A stretch of DNA of 64,000 nt from an uncultured Lachnospiraceae bacterium (GTDB lineage: Bacteria; Bacillota; Clostridia; Lachnospirales; Lachnospiraceae), in NCBI GenBank assembly GCA_910588875.1, contig CAJURT010000019.1, positions 281 to 64,280 of the forward strand, read 5' to 3'. Both the position numbers and the translations under genes were made by a program. The notes under the pieces were generated by a model that worked only from the letters and a program-made list of their open reading frames with translations, made no database searches and had not been told where the DNA came from. The first letter of the stretch is position 1. Each line of letters begins with the position of its first letter. Below are positions 10,622 through 20,334 of the stretch, piece by piece.

Positions 10622-11870
10622 TTTCCTCCCCCCATCCCCAGTATGACCGTGCCAGCACAATCAGTTCCTCCATCGTCGTCTCCTCCCCGCACTGATAGAG
10701 GCTCTTTAGTTTTGTGTCTTCCACAAATCCCCCGGTTCTCTGGTAATAGATTGTGTAGCCCTTTTCTGTCAGCATCTCCCCGGAGGGCGTGTCGTAAGTA
10801 TAGCGTGCCAGGGCCACCAGGTCCTTAAGGCCATCCCCGTCGATGTCCTGGCAGGCAATGCCCAGGATTTCATACAGGTTTTCAAATTCCCCCATGGGCT
10901 GGAAGTTCCAGGCAACCCTGCCCTCTTTGTTGACCAGGTAAACCATAAAAATATGGTATTCCGCCAGCTTATAGTAGCCCGGCACAACCAGAAGTTCCCC
11001 CAGCTTTTCAAAATCCGCATGGGAGGCATACCCCGGCTCCTCCACAAAACCATATTCTTCCAGTTCTTTTCTCGTCGCCGCTGTGTACAAAGCCTCCACC
11101 GGCTCCCCCTCCGCCGCAAAAGACAGGATCTGCCTCACGCTTTTGTTCATGCCATAGCGGTTAATACGGCCTGACAGCCGCCAGTCCCGGTAAAAACCCT
11201 CCTCTCCCTGGAAAAGCACGTCCCCCACTTTATAGGATGCACCTGTCCCGTCCTCCTGGGTATTGCACACCGTAATCAGTACCACGTCCTGCCGTCCGTC
11301 CCCATCCATATCAGGAAAGGATACCGCCGCCACGCCTCTGCATCCCTGCCTTAGCCTGCCCGGTACCTGGCCGTTCGCCCCCAGCTGTTCCGTCCAAAAC
11401 ACAATTTCCCCTCCCTCCCCCGGCTCTGCAAAAAAAAGTACCAGCCGGCGGTATTGGGGATCCAAGGCAGGAATCAGAAAAACCTCCCCCCTTCCGGCAA
11501 CCTCCAGAGGGAAAATCTGCTCTTCCACCATCAGCAGGCCTGCCTCCCCAATCTCCTCCCTCCTGCGGATTGCGCCCATCCGGCCAAGAAAAGCCTCATA
11601 TTCCCGGATCTCCTCAAGTTCCTCTTCCTCCATCGCCAACTCTCCCGGCGGGCCGGCAAATGCCCCCTCACGGGCCTCTTCCCCCGCCTCCTGCCTGCTT
11701 TCTTCCTGCCTGTTTTTTGTGTCTTGCTGTTCTTTTCCCCCATTATGCCACAGGCTGAATGCACCTGCCGCCACAGCAATCCCGGCAATCACCAGGAACC
11801 CCCGGATCCTTCTTACCGGGCGCCGCCTGCTCCTTCCCTTATCCCCCTTGGCAAAACCCAGGCCACTCAT
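10614..11870 (-). CDS. hypothetical membrane-anchored protein with DxDGDG (FG-GAP/VCBS-like) motifs
   Basis: 418 aa. Basic N-terminus plus a TM segment, then an acidic linker. Two Ca-binding-like motifs (FPDMDGDGRQDVV, QDIDGDGLKDLV). Overlaps both neighbouring genes. Confidence 0.6.
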   Translation of the reverse strand: MSGLGFAKGDKGRSRRRPVRRIRGFLVIAGIAVAAGAFSLWHNGGKEQQDTKNRQEESRQEAGEEAREGAFAGPPGELAMEEEELEEIREYEAFLGRMGAIRRREEIGEAGLLMVEEQIFPLEVAGRGEVFLIPALDPQYRRLVLFFAEPGEGGEIVFWTEQLGANGQVPGRLRQGCRGVAAVSFPDMDGDGRQDVVLITVCNTQEDGTGASYKVGDVLFQGEEGFYRDWRLSGRINRYGMNKSVRQILSFAAEGEPVEALYTAATRKELEEYGFVEEPGYASHADFEKLGELLVVPGYYKLAEYHIFMVYLVNKEGRVAWNFQPMGEFENLYEILGIACQDIDGDGLKDLVALARYTYDTPSGEMLTEKGYTIYYQRTGGFVEDTKLKSLYQCGEETTMEELIVLARSYWGWGEEND

Positions 11871-13084
11871 TCCACCTCCCTCTCCTTTCCGGCCGGTGCC
11901 ACTGTCCCGTCTGCCTCAATAGCCACACCGTAGGAAATACTTTCCATGTGGCTAAAAAATTCCTGCCGGTCAGCCTCATCCGCCAGCATCCTGGTATATC
12001 CTGCCCCGGAGGTTCCCGGGATCAGGCGCAGAACCGGCTCACCGGCGCCGTCCCAGTCCACCTGCAATAAAGCTGTCCTGGGAATCGAACTTCCAAACAC
12101 AAAATTCCCCAGGCTATAAACGATTGGCTTGCCATTGTGGTATTCTATTCCCTGAAGCACATGCGGATGCGCCCCCACCACCAGGTCCGCCCCGGCATCA
12201 ATCATCTGCCTTGCCATCCTCCTCTGATATTCCTGCGGCCACTCCTCTTTTTCAATCCCCCAGTGGATGTAAACCACCACAAAATCATTTTCCTGCCTCT
12301 GCTTCCCTATTTCCTCCAGGAGCACTGCCATATCATAGGCCGCCAGCATCCCGGGAGATTTGCCTCCTGCCGCCCAGTCCGAGGACGGAATCACCCTGGT
12401 GGCACCGATCACTGCGGCCTGCTTGCCCTTTTGCCCGATTATCACCGGCTTCCTTGCCAGTTCCAGATCCGCCCCTGCGCCGGTATGTCGGATCCCTGCC
12501 TGATCCAGGGTCTCACAGGTATCCAGGAGGGCCTCCCTCCCGAAGTCCAGGGCATGATTATTGGCCAGGGTTACCCCGTCAATCCCCATCTCCTGAAGCA
12601 GCGATACCCTCTCCGGCGGCAGCCGGAAGGTAAACTGCTTATCCAAAACCTTCTCCCCCCGGTTGCTGAACGGGAATTCCTGGTTGGCCATAAAGAAATC
12701 CCCTTCCTCTATCACCTCCCGGTACCCCTGGTCCAGTACCCCCTGGATCCCCCCTGCCTTCTCATAAGCATTCAGCACATGGTCTGACAAGAACACATCC
12801 CCTGCAAACAGAAGCGCCAGGGAATCCTCCTTCTCTTCTGCCTCCTCCCCCTCGGGGATGCCTTCCACAACAATCTCCGGGCTGTCCTGCTCTGAAATCA
12901 CAATTTCCTGAGGCTGTCCCTTTCCCTGTTCCCGGCCGGTCCCCTCCCTCTGCTCCAGGGTATCCGGGTATTTGGGTATGCTGACCTTTTCGTACTGCTT
13001 TGCCTGGCAGCCGGTGGCCAGGGCAAGGAGGCTCCCTGCTGCAAACAGCCATCTTCTTATTTCTTTTTTCATCATCTGCCCCAC
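11867..13084 (-). CDS. CapA/PGA_cap-family metallophosphatase lipoprotein
   Basis: Lipoprotein signal LLALATGCQ. Motifs FAGDVFLSDH, LANNHALDFG, IHWGIE and GAHPHVLQGIE are typical of CapA-family proteins. The exact start is uncertain: GTG at 13084 or ATG at 13075. Confidence 0.75.
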   Translation of the reverse strand: MGQMMKKEIRRWLFAAGSLLALATGCQAKQYEKVSIPKYPDTLEQREGTGREQGKGQPQEIVISEQDSPEIVVEGIPEGEEAEEKEDSLALLFAGDVFLSDHVLNAYEKAGGIQGVLDQGYREVIEEGDFFMANQEFPFSNRGEKVLDKQFTFRLPPERVSLLQEMGIDGVTLANNHALDFGREALLDTCETLDQAGIRHTGAGADLELARKPVIIGQKGKQAAVIGATRVIPSSDWAAGGKSPGMLAAYDMAVLLEEIGKQRQENDFVVVYIHWGIEKEEWPQEYQRRMARQMIDAGADLVVGAHPHVLQGIEYHNGKPIVYSLGNFVFGSSIPRTALLQVDWDGAGEPVLRLIPGTSGAGYTRMLADEADRQEFFSHMESISYGVAIEADGTVAPAGKEREVE

Positions 13085-13152
13085 TGGCTTTCCTGTTTTT
13101 CAAAGGGGCATCTCCATTCACATGGAAACGCCCCATAGGTATCCGCCCTCAT

Positions 13153-13971
13153 TCAGGGGGAAATCCAAATTCCCCCTTCTCCCACATAATAACCGTCCGG
13201 CGTCCTTGTATTTGCCATCAATGCTCCGTCCGGACCGCAATAATACCAATTCCCATTCTGCAGAATCCAGCCGTAACGGATATAACCGGCTTCGTTAAAA
13301 CAATACCACTTGTTGTCAATACTCAGCCAGCAGCCATAAGGATACGTGCCGTCCCCATACTGGTACCACCAGCCATTCTGGTCCAGGCACCAGTGGTTCC
13401 CGGAACCGGTCACTACCCCGGGCCCGTTTGCATAGCTGCCAAAGCCCCCGGCTCCCGGGCCGCTACGGTAAACATTGCTATATCCGCCAGGCACTCCCGG
13501 GCCCCGGCCCGTGTCATAGCCGTTATTGTCAGAGGAATCCCAGCCGCTTAGGTCCTCCGCCTCATCTGCAGAGACATACCAGCTGTCCGAACTTACCCAG
13601 TCCCCCTTCTGCGACCCGCTCCCCACTGCCCTCACTTCAAAATAATAATTGCCCCGCCGGTTGATGCGGCTGCCAAAATAATAATAAGATTCACTTGTTG
13701 TCCGGGTTGATGCCACAGAGGAACTCCCCCGGTACAGACGGACCTCATAACGTTTTGCAGAAGGGTTGTTGTCCCAGACTGCCGTCCCGTCGGACTCATC
13801 CCACCTAAGCCCTGTTACTGCCAGGCTGACTTCCGCCCCCGAACTCTCTGCTGCCCATGCCTGCCTTTCACAGCCCATGCAAACGGCGAATGAGAAAAAC
13901 AAAAGCCATGCCAGCAGCTGTAGGGCTGCCTTGTAAGGTAAGTTCCTTTTCCTTGTCCCTAATCTCCCCAT
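13153..13971 (-). CDS. secreted protein: FN3-like module plus C-terminal cell-wall-binding (CW_binding_1-type) repeats
   Basis: Signal peptide, then a YEVRLYRGS...YYFEVRAVGSGSQKGDW module. Gly-rich linker, then aromatic GW/YY repeats (GWWYQYGDGTY, NKWYCFNEAGYIRYGW, GNWYYCGPDGALMANTRTPDGYYVGEGG). Start set to the ATG at 13971 (GGGGAAAGGG upstream); the track start is 14016. Confidence 0.75.
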   Translation of the reverse strand: MGRLGTRKRNLPYKAALQLLAWLLFFSFAVCMGCERQAWAAESSGAEVSLAVTGLRWDESDGTAVWDNNPSAKRYEVRLYRGSSSVASTRTTSESYYYFGSRINRRGNYYFEVRAVGSGSQKGDWVSSDSWYVSADEAEDLSGWDSSDNNGYDTGRGPGVPGGYSNVYRSGPGAGGFGSYANGPGVVTGSGNHWCLDQNGWWYQYGDGTYPYGCWLSIDNKWYCFNEAGYIRYGWILQNGNWYYCGPDGALMANTRTPDGYYVGEGGIWISP

Positions 13972-14003
13972 ATCAACCCTTTCCCCGGCTTTGCCCTGCC
14001 TGA

Positions 14004-15200
14004 TTACCGGATCCACGCACCGTCCCCGCCTACATAATATCCGTCCGGTGTACGCGCATTCACCAGCATTGCCCCGTTCTCCTCACAGTAATACCACTGG
14101 CTGCCGGACTCGATCCACCCATGGCGGAGATATCCTGCTTCGTCAAAGCAATACCAGCTTCCGTCAATCTTTGCCCATGTCCCGGAAAGCCAGCTGCCGT
14201 CCCCCAAACGGAACCACCACCCCTTCTGGTCCTCCATCCAGCGCTCATCCTTATTGGCCGTAAGTTCTCCCTCACGGGTTGCGATGGCCGTCTTCCCGCC
14301 GCTGCTGGCAGTCTTGGTGCTTCTTCTCCCGGAACTTGACCCTGAATCCTCCTCGTCATCATACGCATTGTCCGGGTCAAACTCCTCATCACTGTAATAC
14401 CCTTCCTGAGGCTTTGAGGAAGTGGATGGGCTGACTGTTTCCTTATCTCCACCATCCGGAGAACCGTCCCCTTCCTCCTCTGTTTTGTCTGCTTCCGGGT
14501 TCCATCTCTTGGAAGACTCCCAGTCCCCCCGGGAGGAACCGCTGCCTATGGCACGCACCTCAAAATAATAACTTCCGCCCTGCTTCATCTGGCTGGAAAA
14601 CCGGTAGGAAGTGTCAGAGGAGGAACGGAGCGTCACAAAAGACACCTGGTCGCTGCCCCTGAAAAGGCGCACCTCATATCCCCTGGCCTCCGGGTTCTCT
14701 TCCCACTGGGCGGCCATTTTCTGTTTGTTCCAGCGCACCCCATCCACAGACAGGTTCTCCTCGTCCAGTTCCCCCAGCCTTACGGTCAGGTATAACTCAG
14801 TCCCTCTCTCCTTCTTCCTTGCCGACACATATTCCACATCCTCGCCGGAAAAAGAGAACAGGTCTTCGCCCGTCTCGTCGAAGTAATAGCCATCCTCAGC
14901 GTACAAAAAGATCTCCAGTTTCGGGCGGACTCCGCCTGCCCAGTCACCGGAAGCATTCAGTACCTCCACGCCCTCCACGCTATACTCGCTGTCCTCGGTT
15001 TCCACATCCACCTCACTGTTGCTTCCCCCCGTCTCGATCTGGGATTCAAAGATGAGGGACACCTCCTCAATGGGTTCCCCCTCCCTCGCTGCAAATGCCG
15101 TGCCTGCCCATACGGCGGCCAAAAGCATAGCCGCACTTATGCCAATACCCTTGCGGATCCAGGCGGCATCCCTGTTTTTCTTCCTGATTTTCATTCCCAT
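14004..15200 (-). CDS. secreted paralogue of the downstream gene with an extra N-terminal domain and the same cell-wall-binding repeats
   Basis: 398 aa. Signal peptide, an extra ~120-aa domain, then the same YEVRLFRGS...YYFEVRAIGSGSSRGDW module. Acidic Ser-rich linker, then GWWFRLGDGSW / GSWYCFDEAGYLRHGW / SQWYYCEENGAMLVNARTPDGYYVGGDG repeats. Confidence 0.75.
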   Translation of the reverse strand: MGMKIRKKNRDAAWIRKGIGISAAMLLAAVWAGTAFAAREGEPIEEVSLIFESQIETGGSNSEVDVETEDSEYSVEGVEVLNASGDWAGGVRPKLEIFLYAEDGYYFDETGEDLFSFSGEDVEYVSARKKERGTELYLTVRLGELDEENLSVDGVRWNKQKMAAQWEENPEARGYEVRLFRGSDQVSFVTLRSSSDTSYRFSSQMKQGGSYYFEVRAIGSGSSRGDWESSKRWNPEADKTEEEGDGSPDGGDKETVSPSTSSKPQEGYYSDEEFDPDNAYDDEEDSGSSSGRRSTKTASSGGKTAIATREGELTANKDERWMEDQKGWWFRLGDGSWLSGTWAKIDGSWYCFDEAGYLRHGWIESGSQWYYCEENGAMLVNARTPDGYYVGGDGAWIR

Positions 15201-15327
15201 AGTTCGTTTTCTTTCCCTTATTTTAAATTTAGGCCCTTCTCCTGAATGTGCCGGTACACTATGTAACCATTATAGTTCAAAATGTAGGATTTCACAATAA
15301 AAACCTGATCTTCCGGCCCTTTTCCCC

Positions 15328-16386
15328 TCACCCGAATATCTTCAGGTAATATTGGGGAAGGAACAGGTTCCCAAGTTTCCCAAACTCCGGGACATATTTT
15401 CCGATATCCAGGAATACCGGGCAGAATACCAGGCTCCCTACCAGGAAAAACGGGATCAGGCAGCAGACCAGTGCTTCCCTGGGGCAGGCTATCCTCACCG
15501 CCCAGGAAAATCCGGTCACCAGGATCCCATAAAAGGCCAGCGCCGTCATCTCAAAACCCATATGCCAGGCCGTCCCTCCGCTTAACAGGGCCAGATATCC
15601 CGATACGGCGGCTAAAAACACGGGCGCCCCCATGGCTGCCATCCGGCACAGGCTCCGGCTCCCATAAGGGACAGCCAAAAACAGCCCCCGCCTCTCATCC
15701 GCCAGGCTCATGGCCGCGCTGTAAAGCCCAATCACAAACAGATATACCGCCACAATCCCGCGTACAGGGAATACCATCGCCTCCGGGACTTCCTTCGTGG
15801 CCTCCCCCTGCCGGTCAACATACTCATAGGTAAAATGGAAAGTACTGCCGTTCTCCCTCCATTTGTCATAGAGAAGGCCTGCCTCCTTTTCCACCCCCGC
15901 CTCCTGTAGCTTTTCCGCCACATACTGCCCGAACAGTTCCGGGTCATACTTCTCAATCATAGCCGCAAACACCGTCTCCGAGGACAGACTTGCCGCAATG
16001 GTGGAGGGAGCGGAATAGACTCGGATGCTCCTCTTAAAATCATGGCGGTCCAGTTTTTCCTTCAGCCCCTCCGAAATCACGTAGCCGCACTCCGCCCTGC
16101 GGGATGCCACCTCATCCTTTACCTGCTGCTCATCCTCACAGAGGTAAAACCGAAACAGCCCTTTCTCTTCCTGCCTTTCTGCCAGCGCCTCTGCCAACTG
16201 CTGCTCCAATGACCCTTCCGTCCCCTGCTCCGCACAAACTGCGATATCAAGCCCGGCCTCCCCTTCCTTCTGGGATCCCCGGATCAGGAATGTCCCCACC
16301 GGCAGCAACAGCAAGATCACCAAAAAAGATTTTCTGTGCAAATGCCTTTTGCAGGATAGGAAAAACCACATCCATGCTCTGCCCAT
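15328..16386 (-). CDS. ABC-2-type transporter permease-like membrane protein
   Basis: 352 aa. N-terminal TM segment, a ~170-aa soluble loop, then about five C-terminal TM segments. Sits downstream of the ABC ATPase in the same operon. Confidence 0.6.
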   Translation of the reverse strand: MGRAWMWFFLSCKRHLHRKSFLVILLLLPVGTFLIRGSQKEGEAGLDIAVCAEQGTEGSLEQQLAEALAERQEEKGLFRFYLCEDEQQVKDEVASRRAECGYVISEGLKEKLDRHDFKRSIRVYSAPSTIAASLSSETVFAAMIEKYDPELFGQYVAEKLQEAGVEKEAGLLYDKWRENGSTFHFTYEYVDRQGEATKEVPEAMVFPVRGIVAVYLFVIGLYSAAMSLADERRGLFLAVPYGSRSLCRMAAMGAPVFLAAVSGYLALLSGGTAWHMGFEMTALAFYGILVTGFSWAVRIACPREALVCCLIPFFLVGSLVFCPVFLDIGKYVPEFGKLGNLFLPQYYLKIFG

Positions 16387-16424
16387 GCCATCTGACCTCC
16401 CTCACAACTCATAGATATCTGCCA

Positions 16425-17660
16425 TCAGCCTTCCCGCCTTTCCAAAAGGATAGCCAAAAGGGAACAAACCAGCAACAGCCCCATCAGCTTCCCTGGCGCC
16501 GCAAACGACCAGTCCCTGGCCAGGATCATCTGCACCCCCTCCATCAGCACTGCCGATGGCATGGCCGGTACCAGGCGCTGCAATGTCCTGGGCAGAAAGA
16601 CGGCCGGCAAAAAACCGCCCGCCAGAAAATGCTGTGCCGTCACCGTCAAAAACAGCAGCATAATCCCTCCGAGAAGGGAGCCGGCTGCCTGGTAGATAAC
16701 CACCACCAGCGACGCCGCTGCCAGGCAAACCAATAAAAGGGCCAGACAGGCCGCCGCTGCCGGAAATATCCCCCGGGATGCGCCTCCCACCGTTCCGGGA
16801 TTCAGCAGTTCAGACAGCCCCGGCATCTTTTTTGCTGCCAGGATTGCCACCAGGGTCATCAGAAAAAAGAGGCTCCCCAGGCTAAAAATCTTCCCCCATA
16901 CCCTGCTGCCGCTTCCGGCACCGGAAAGAGTCAGCTTGCGCCGCATCACCGGTGAAAAGGGCAGCAGATACCCGGATACCGGGATGGCCAGCAGCAATAA
17001 AAACAATACATATGCACTGATCCCATAAAATACCGGCACCTCCACGTCCCCTGTGGCACTGACTTTCAGATGGCGGAAATAGTCCTCCCGCGGCAGGCTG
17101 TAGGACAAAAAGATCTGGTTCAGATCCCGTTCCAGTTCCGGGACTAAGGCCTCCATGCCAACCATCCGGTAAAGTTCATTGCCAGCATAAATCCCTGCCT
17201 GGGAGGCACCCAGGATCTTCGCCCCCGCCTCCGTAAGTTCCCGGAAAATGCGGCTTTCCAGCCAGTTATTTCCCGGCAGCAGAATTCTCACCGCCGGATT
17301 GCTCCCGTCCATGATCCCCTGGATCAGGCCCTCCGGCATATCCATCACTGCACTCAATTTCCCCGTTTTCAGGGCCTCTATGCTCTCTTCCTCTTCCATA
17401 TACTGAAAATCACACAGGCTCTTTACACTGTCAAGGGAACTGATCATTGAGACCATCTGCCTGGCCAGCGCATCCTCCTTCGGCAGCACCACTCCCACTG
17501 CGACACGCCCCGCCGCCGCATCCCCGTACAAGGCACGTCCTGCCAAAAGGGCAATCGCGCCCGCCAAAAACAGCAGCGCGATTGCCCCCGCAAACATCTG
17601 TGGAAATCTCCGGTATGCTCTTTTCATTTCCAATTTCCAAAAAACCAGGCACATCCGCAT
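16425..17660 (-). CDS. ABC-2-type transporter permease-like membrane protein
   Basis: 411 aa with the same topology as the neighbouring permease: TM segment, large loop, multi-TM C-terminal half. Confidence 0.6.
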   Translation of the reverse strand: MRMCLVFWKLEMKRAYRRFPQMFAGAIALLFLAGAIALLAGRALYGDAAAGRVAVGVVLPKEDALARQMVSMISSLDSVKSLCDFQYMEEEESIEALKTGKLSAVMDMPEGLIQGIMDGSNPAVRILLPGNNWLESRIFRELTEAGAKILGASQAGIYAGNELYRMVGMEALVPELERDLNQIFLSYSLPREDYFRHLKVSATGDVEVPVFYGISAYVLFLLLLAIPVSGYLLPFSPVMRRKLTLSGAGSGSRVWGKIFSLGSLFFLMTLVAILAAKKMPGLSELLNPGTVGGASRGIFPAAAACLALLLVCLAAASLVVVIYQAAGSLLGGIMLLFLTVTAQHFLAGGFLPAVFLPRTLQRLVPAMPSAVLMEGVQMILARDWSFAAPGKLMGLLLVCSLLAILLERREG

Positions 17661-17690
17661 ATCCTTATTCCCCGATCCTTCTTCCAGGCA

Positions 17691-19544
17691 TTATTGTATC
17701 ACTGTCTGCAGCTGGCTCGCAATGTCCATAATTCCCATATATGCTTCCATCGCCACCCTCTGCCAGTCTGACTCTGTGGCCGCCAGCACATCCATCTTCT
17801 CCCCTTCCGGCTCCTCGATCTCATCCTCCAGCGGCCGCAGGTCATACTCACCGCTGAATATGATATAGAGGTCTTCATACGTCATCGTCGCCTCAGACTC
17901 CGGAACGTCAATGCGGATTTCATCCAGATCCATGTGCAGCACGCTGCCCTTCTCCAGTTCGCTGACTGCCCCCATTGCCGACAGGGCAAACACCTTCTCC
18001 TCCTCTGCCCTCACCTCTGCTTCCAAGTTAAAATCGCCATCCTCGGAAGAATAGGTGCCGCTCAGCATCAGGCCATAGCTTTCCTCTTTTCCGTCAACAT
18101 CCCCGCTCAGTTCAATATCCATGTCGCCTGTCAGGTTCTTTCCGTCATAAGTCCCCTGCTTTAAAACCTTAACGGCCACTGTCTCATCATCCTGGGTCAG
18201 TTCAACCTCCAGCTGTGCGTTCTGGGTCAGGTAACTCCCTCCCTGCAGGCTCATGGTGAAGGTTACTTCTGTGCTCTCGTCCTCCGTATCCAGGACAGTG
18301 GTTCCCACCACGGATGCCAGGCGCCCCTTAGAATCCACATGCACCAGCATCTCCACATCATTCAGCACGGAATCCAGTTCGTCAATGGCTTCTTCCACTG
18401 ACTTCCTCACTTCGTCATAATTCTCCTCCAGGCGTTCCTCTGCTGACAAACCGCCAAGGGCTTCGGAAGCCTCGCCGTTTGTGATCTCAATCATCCGCAG
18501 GCTCATGCGCAAATTTTCCAGAAAATTCTCCTTCAGCTGTTCATCCTGCAGGAAGAAGTCTGCCGACGTATCCAAAAAATCAATCATCGAATCCTTACTG
18601 ATATGTACCTGGTACCCTTTGCATTTTACCTCTTTGCCATCCATCAAAAAGGTGCCTTTCTCTGCCTTTTCCACCGTCAGGGCCGCCTTAAAATTCTCCT
18701 GTGCCTGGCTTCCCTCCTGGTAGCGCTTCCACACCTCCCGGATCCCGTAAGGGTCGGAAGCCGTCCCGTCCTCCACCTTCTTTTTGATCCATTCCATGTA
18801 TTCCTGGTAGAACTCTGCCAATGCTTTCATATCCATGCCTGAGGAGGCCATAATCGGCCCTAAGGTGGGGGAATTCTCAATGCGTTCCACAAGGCCGTCG
18901 CTGACATCCAGGGTAAATACCTTCCCGCTCAGTTCCGGGATGGCAGCCATCACCGTCTCATCCCCGTAGTAAAAATTCATGGTGACCAGATCCATCTGGT
19001 TGAACAGAATCCCCAGGTCAAGGGTGCCCTTCTGATTCTCCATATCATACTTAACCTCAGTCCGGATCCCACCGCCTGCCACCTGGTTTACCATCTCGTC
19101 AGAACAGCTGTCCAGCACAATCTCTGTCCTCACCTGCTGGCTTGTCTCCTGGGTAAATTCCCCAAAGCCAGACACCCCGAACAGTTCCTCCATGGGATTT
19201 ACCTGATCCTCCGTATAGATATTCTCAAAAGCAGCAATCACCACTTCCTTCGGATCCTTCTCCATCAGCTTTACCGCCGCAAAAGCCCCGATCCCGATCA
19301 CGGCCGCAGCAGCTATGGCAATGGCGGCTGTCTTCCCGGCAGACTTCTTCTTTGGGGCCTCTGGCGCCGTACTGCCGGATACGTTCCCTGCTTCCCCATA
19401 GGATCCGGCCGGGACGGATATCTGTGCGGCATTACTGCCCTCTGCCATCCCTTCTGCCGCTTCCTCCTGGCCCACCGCCTTGCCGCAGAACGGACATGCC
19501 AGATCCTGTTCGTTTAATTCATTTCCACAATAACTACACTTCAT
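17691..19544 (-). CDS. zinc-ribbon membrane protein with a large extracytoplasmic domain, function unknown
   Basis: Starts MKCSYCGNELNEQDLACPFCGK (CxxC...CxxC ribbon). One TM segment (TAAIAIAAAAVIGIGAFAAV), then ~520 acidic residues with no motif I recognise. Start set to the ATG at 19544, after GGGAGGAAAAGAG. Confidence 0.65.
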   Translation of the reverse strand: MKCSYCGNELNEQDLACPFCGKAVGQEEAAEGMAEGSNAAQISVPAGSYGEAGNVSGSTAPEAPKKKSAGKTAAIAIAAAAVIGIGAFAAVKLMEKDPKEVVIAAFENIYTEDQVNPMEELFGVSGFGEFTQETSQQVRTEIVLDSCSDEMVNQVAGGGIRTEVKYDMENQKGTLDLGILFNQMDLVTMNFYYGDETVMAAIPELSGKVFTLDVSDGLVERIENSPTLGPIMASSGMDMKALAEFYQEYMEWIKKKVEDGTASDPYGIREVWKRYQEGSQAQENFKAALTVEKAEKGTFLMDGKEVKCKGYQVHISKDSMIDFLDTSADFFLQDEQLKENFLENLRMSLRMIEITNGEASEALGGLSAEERLEENYDEVRKSVEEAIDELDSVLNDVEMLVHVDSKGRLASVVGTTVLDTEDESTEVTFTMSLQGGSYLTQNAQLEVELTQDDETVAVKVLKQGTYDGKNLTGDMDIELSGDVDGKEESYGLMLSGTYSSEDGDFNLEAEVRAEEEKVFALSAMGAVSELEKGSVLHMDLDEIRIDVPESEATMTYEDLYIIFSGEYDLRPLEDEIEEPEGEKMDVLAATESDWQRVAMEAYMGIMDIASQLQTVIQ

Positions 19545-19641
19545 CTCTTTTCCTCCCGTTGCTTTCATTCCGCAGTACTGCGCCCGCTTTAGCAACATTA
19601 TAACAAATATTTCAGGAAAATCCTATGGGGTTATGAAAATC

Positions 19642-20334
19642 TTAATGTTTTTCTTCCTGTTTTTGAAATTCACGGATCAATTCCGCTTCCCCCAGTTTAT
19701 TTTCGATCTTCCTTAGCTTCCCCTCCTTCAGCACATACATCACCGTGCATAAGGACAATTCCGGCAGTTCGTGGGAGGTAAGGAGAATCGTCCCTCCCTT
19801 TTCCCGGTATTTTTCCAGGTATCTGCGGATCTCTGCCTTACACTCCAGATCCAGGGCTGCCCCCGGCTCGTCCAGGATCAGCACCGAGGCATGGTTGGAA
19901 AGGGCGCAGGCAATGCTAAGGCGTTTTTTCATCCCTCCGGATAAGGTGGATACCGGCTTTTTCAGCATTTCCCGGATTCCCAGCATGGCGGCAGCCCCGG
20001 TTTTCAGATCCTCCTCCATCCCCGTCCTGCTCCCCCTGTACCACAGTGACAGGTTATCCTTCACAGAAAGTTCCTCTATCAGGGGATTCTCCTGAGGCAC
20101 ATAGGCTGCCTCCTCATAAAACACTTTCCCATGCCCCACTGCCTCCCGTCCATGGAAGCGGATGCTGCCCCGGTCCGCCCGGACTGCCCCCGCCAGTATG
20201 GACAAAAATGTGGTCTTCCCACAGCCATTGCTCCCCACAATCCCCACACAATCCCCCGGCGCCGCCGTCAGGGATACCTCTGACAGCACCTGATGTGCTT
20301 TATAGGTTTTACACAGGCCCGTTACCTCCAGCAT
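19642..20334 (-). CDS. ABC transporter ATP-binding protein
   Basis: Walker A GSNGCGKTT, signature LSGGMKKRLS, Walker B VLILDEPGAALD. Start set to the ATG at 20334 (GGGAGGGAG upstream), which lies 26 nt inside the 3' end of carB. Confidence 0.9.
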   Translation of the reverse strand: MLEVTGLCKTYKAHQVLSEVSLTAAPGDCVGIVGSNGCGKTTFLSILAGAVRADRGSIRFHGREAVGHGKVFYEEAAYVPQENPLIEELSVKDNLSLWYRGSRTGMEEDLKTGAAAMLGIREMLKKPVSTLSGGMKKRLSIACALSNHASVLILDEPGAALDLECKAEIRRYLEKYREKGGTILLTSHELPELSLCTVMYVLKEGKLRKIENKLGEAELIREFQKQEEKH

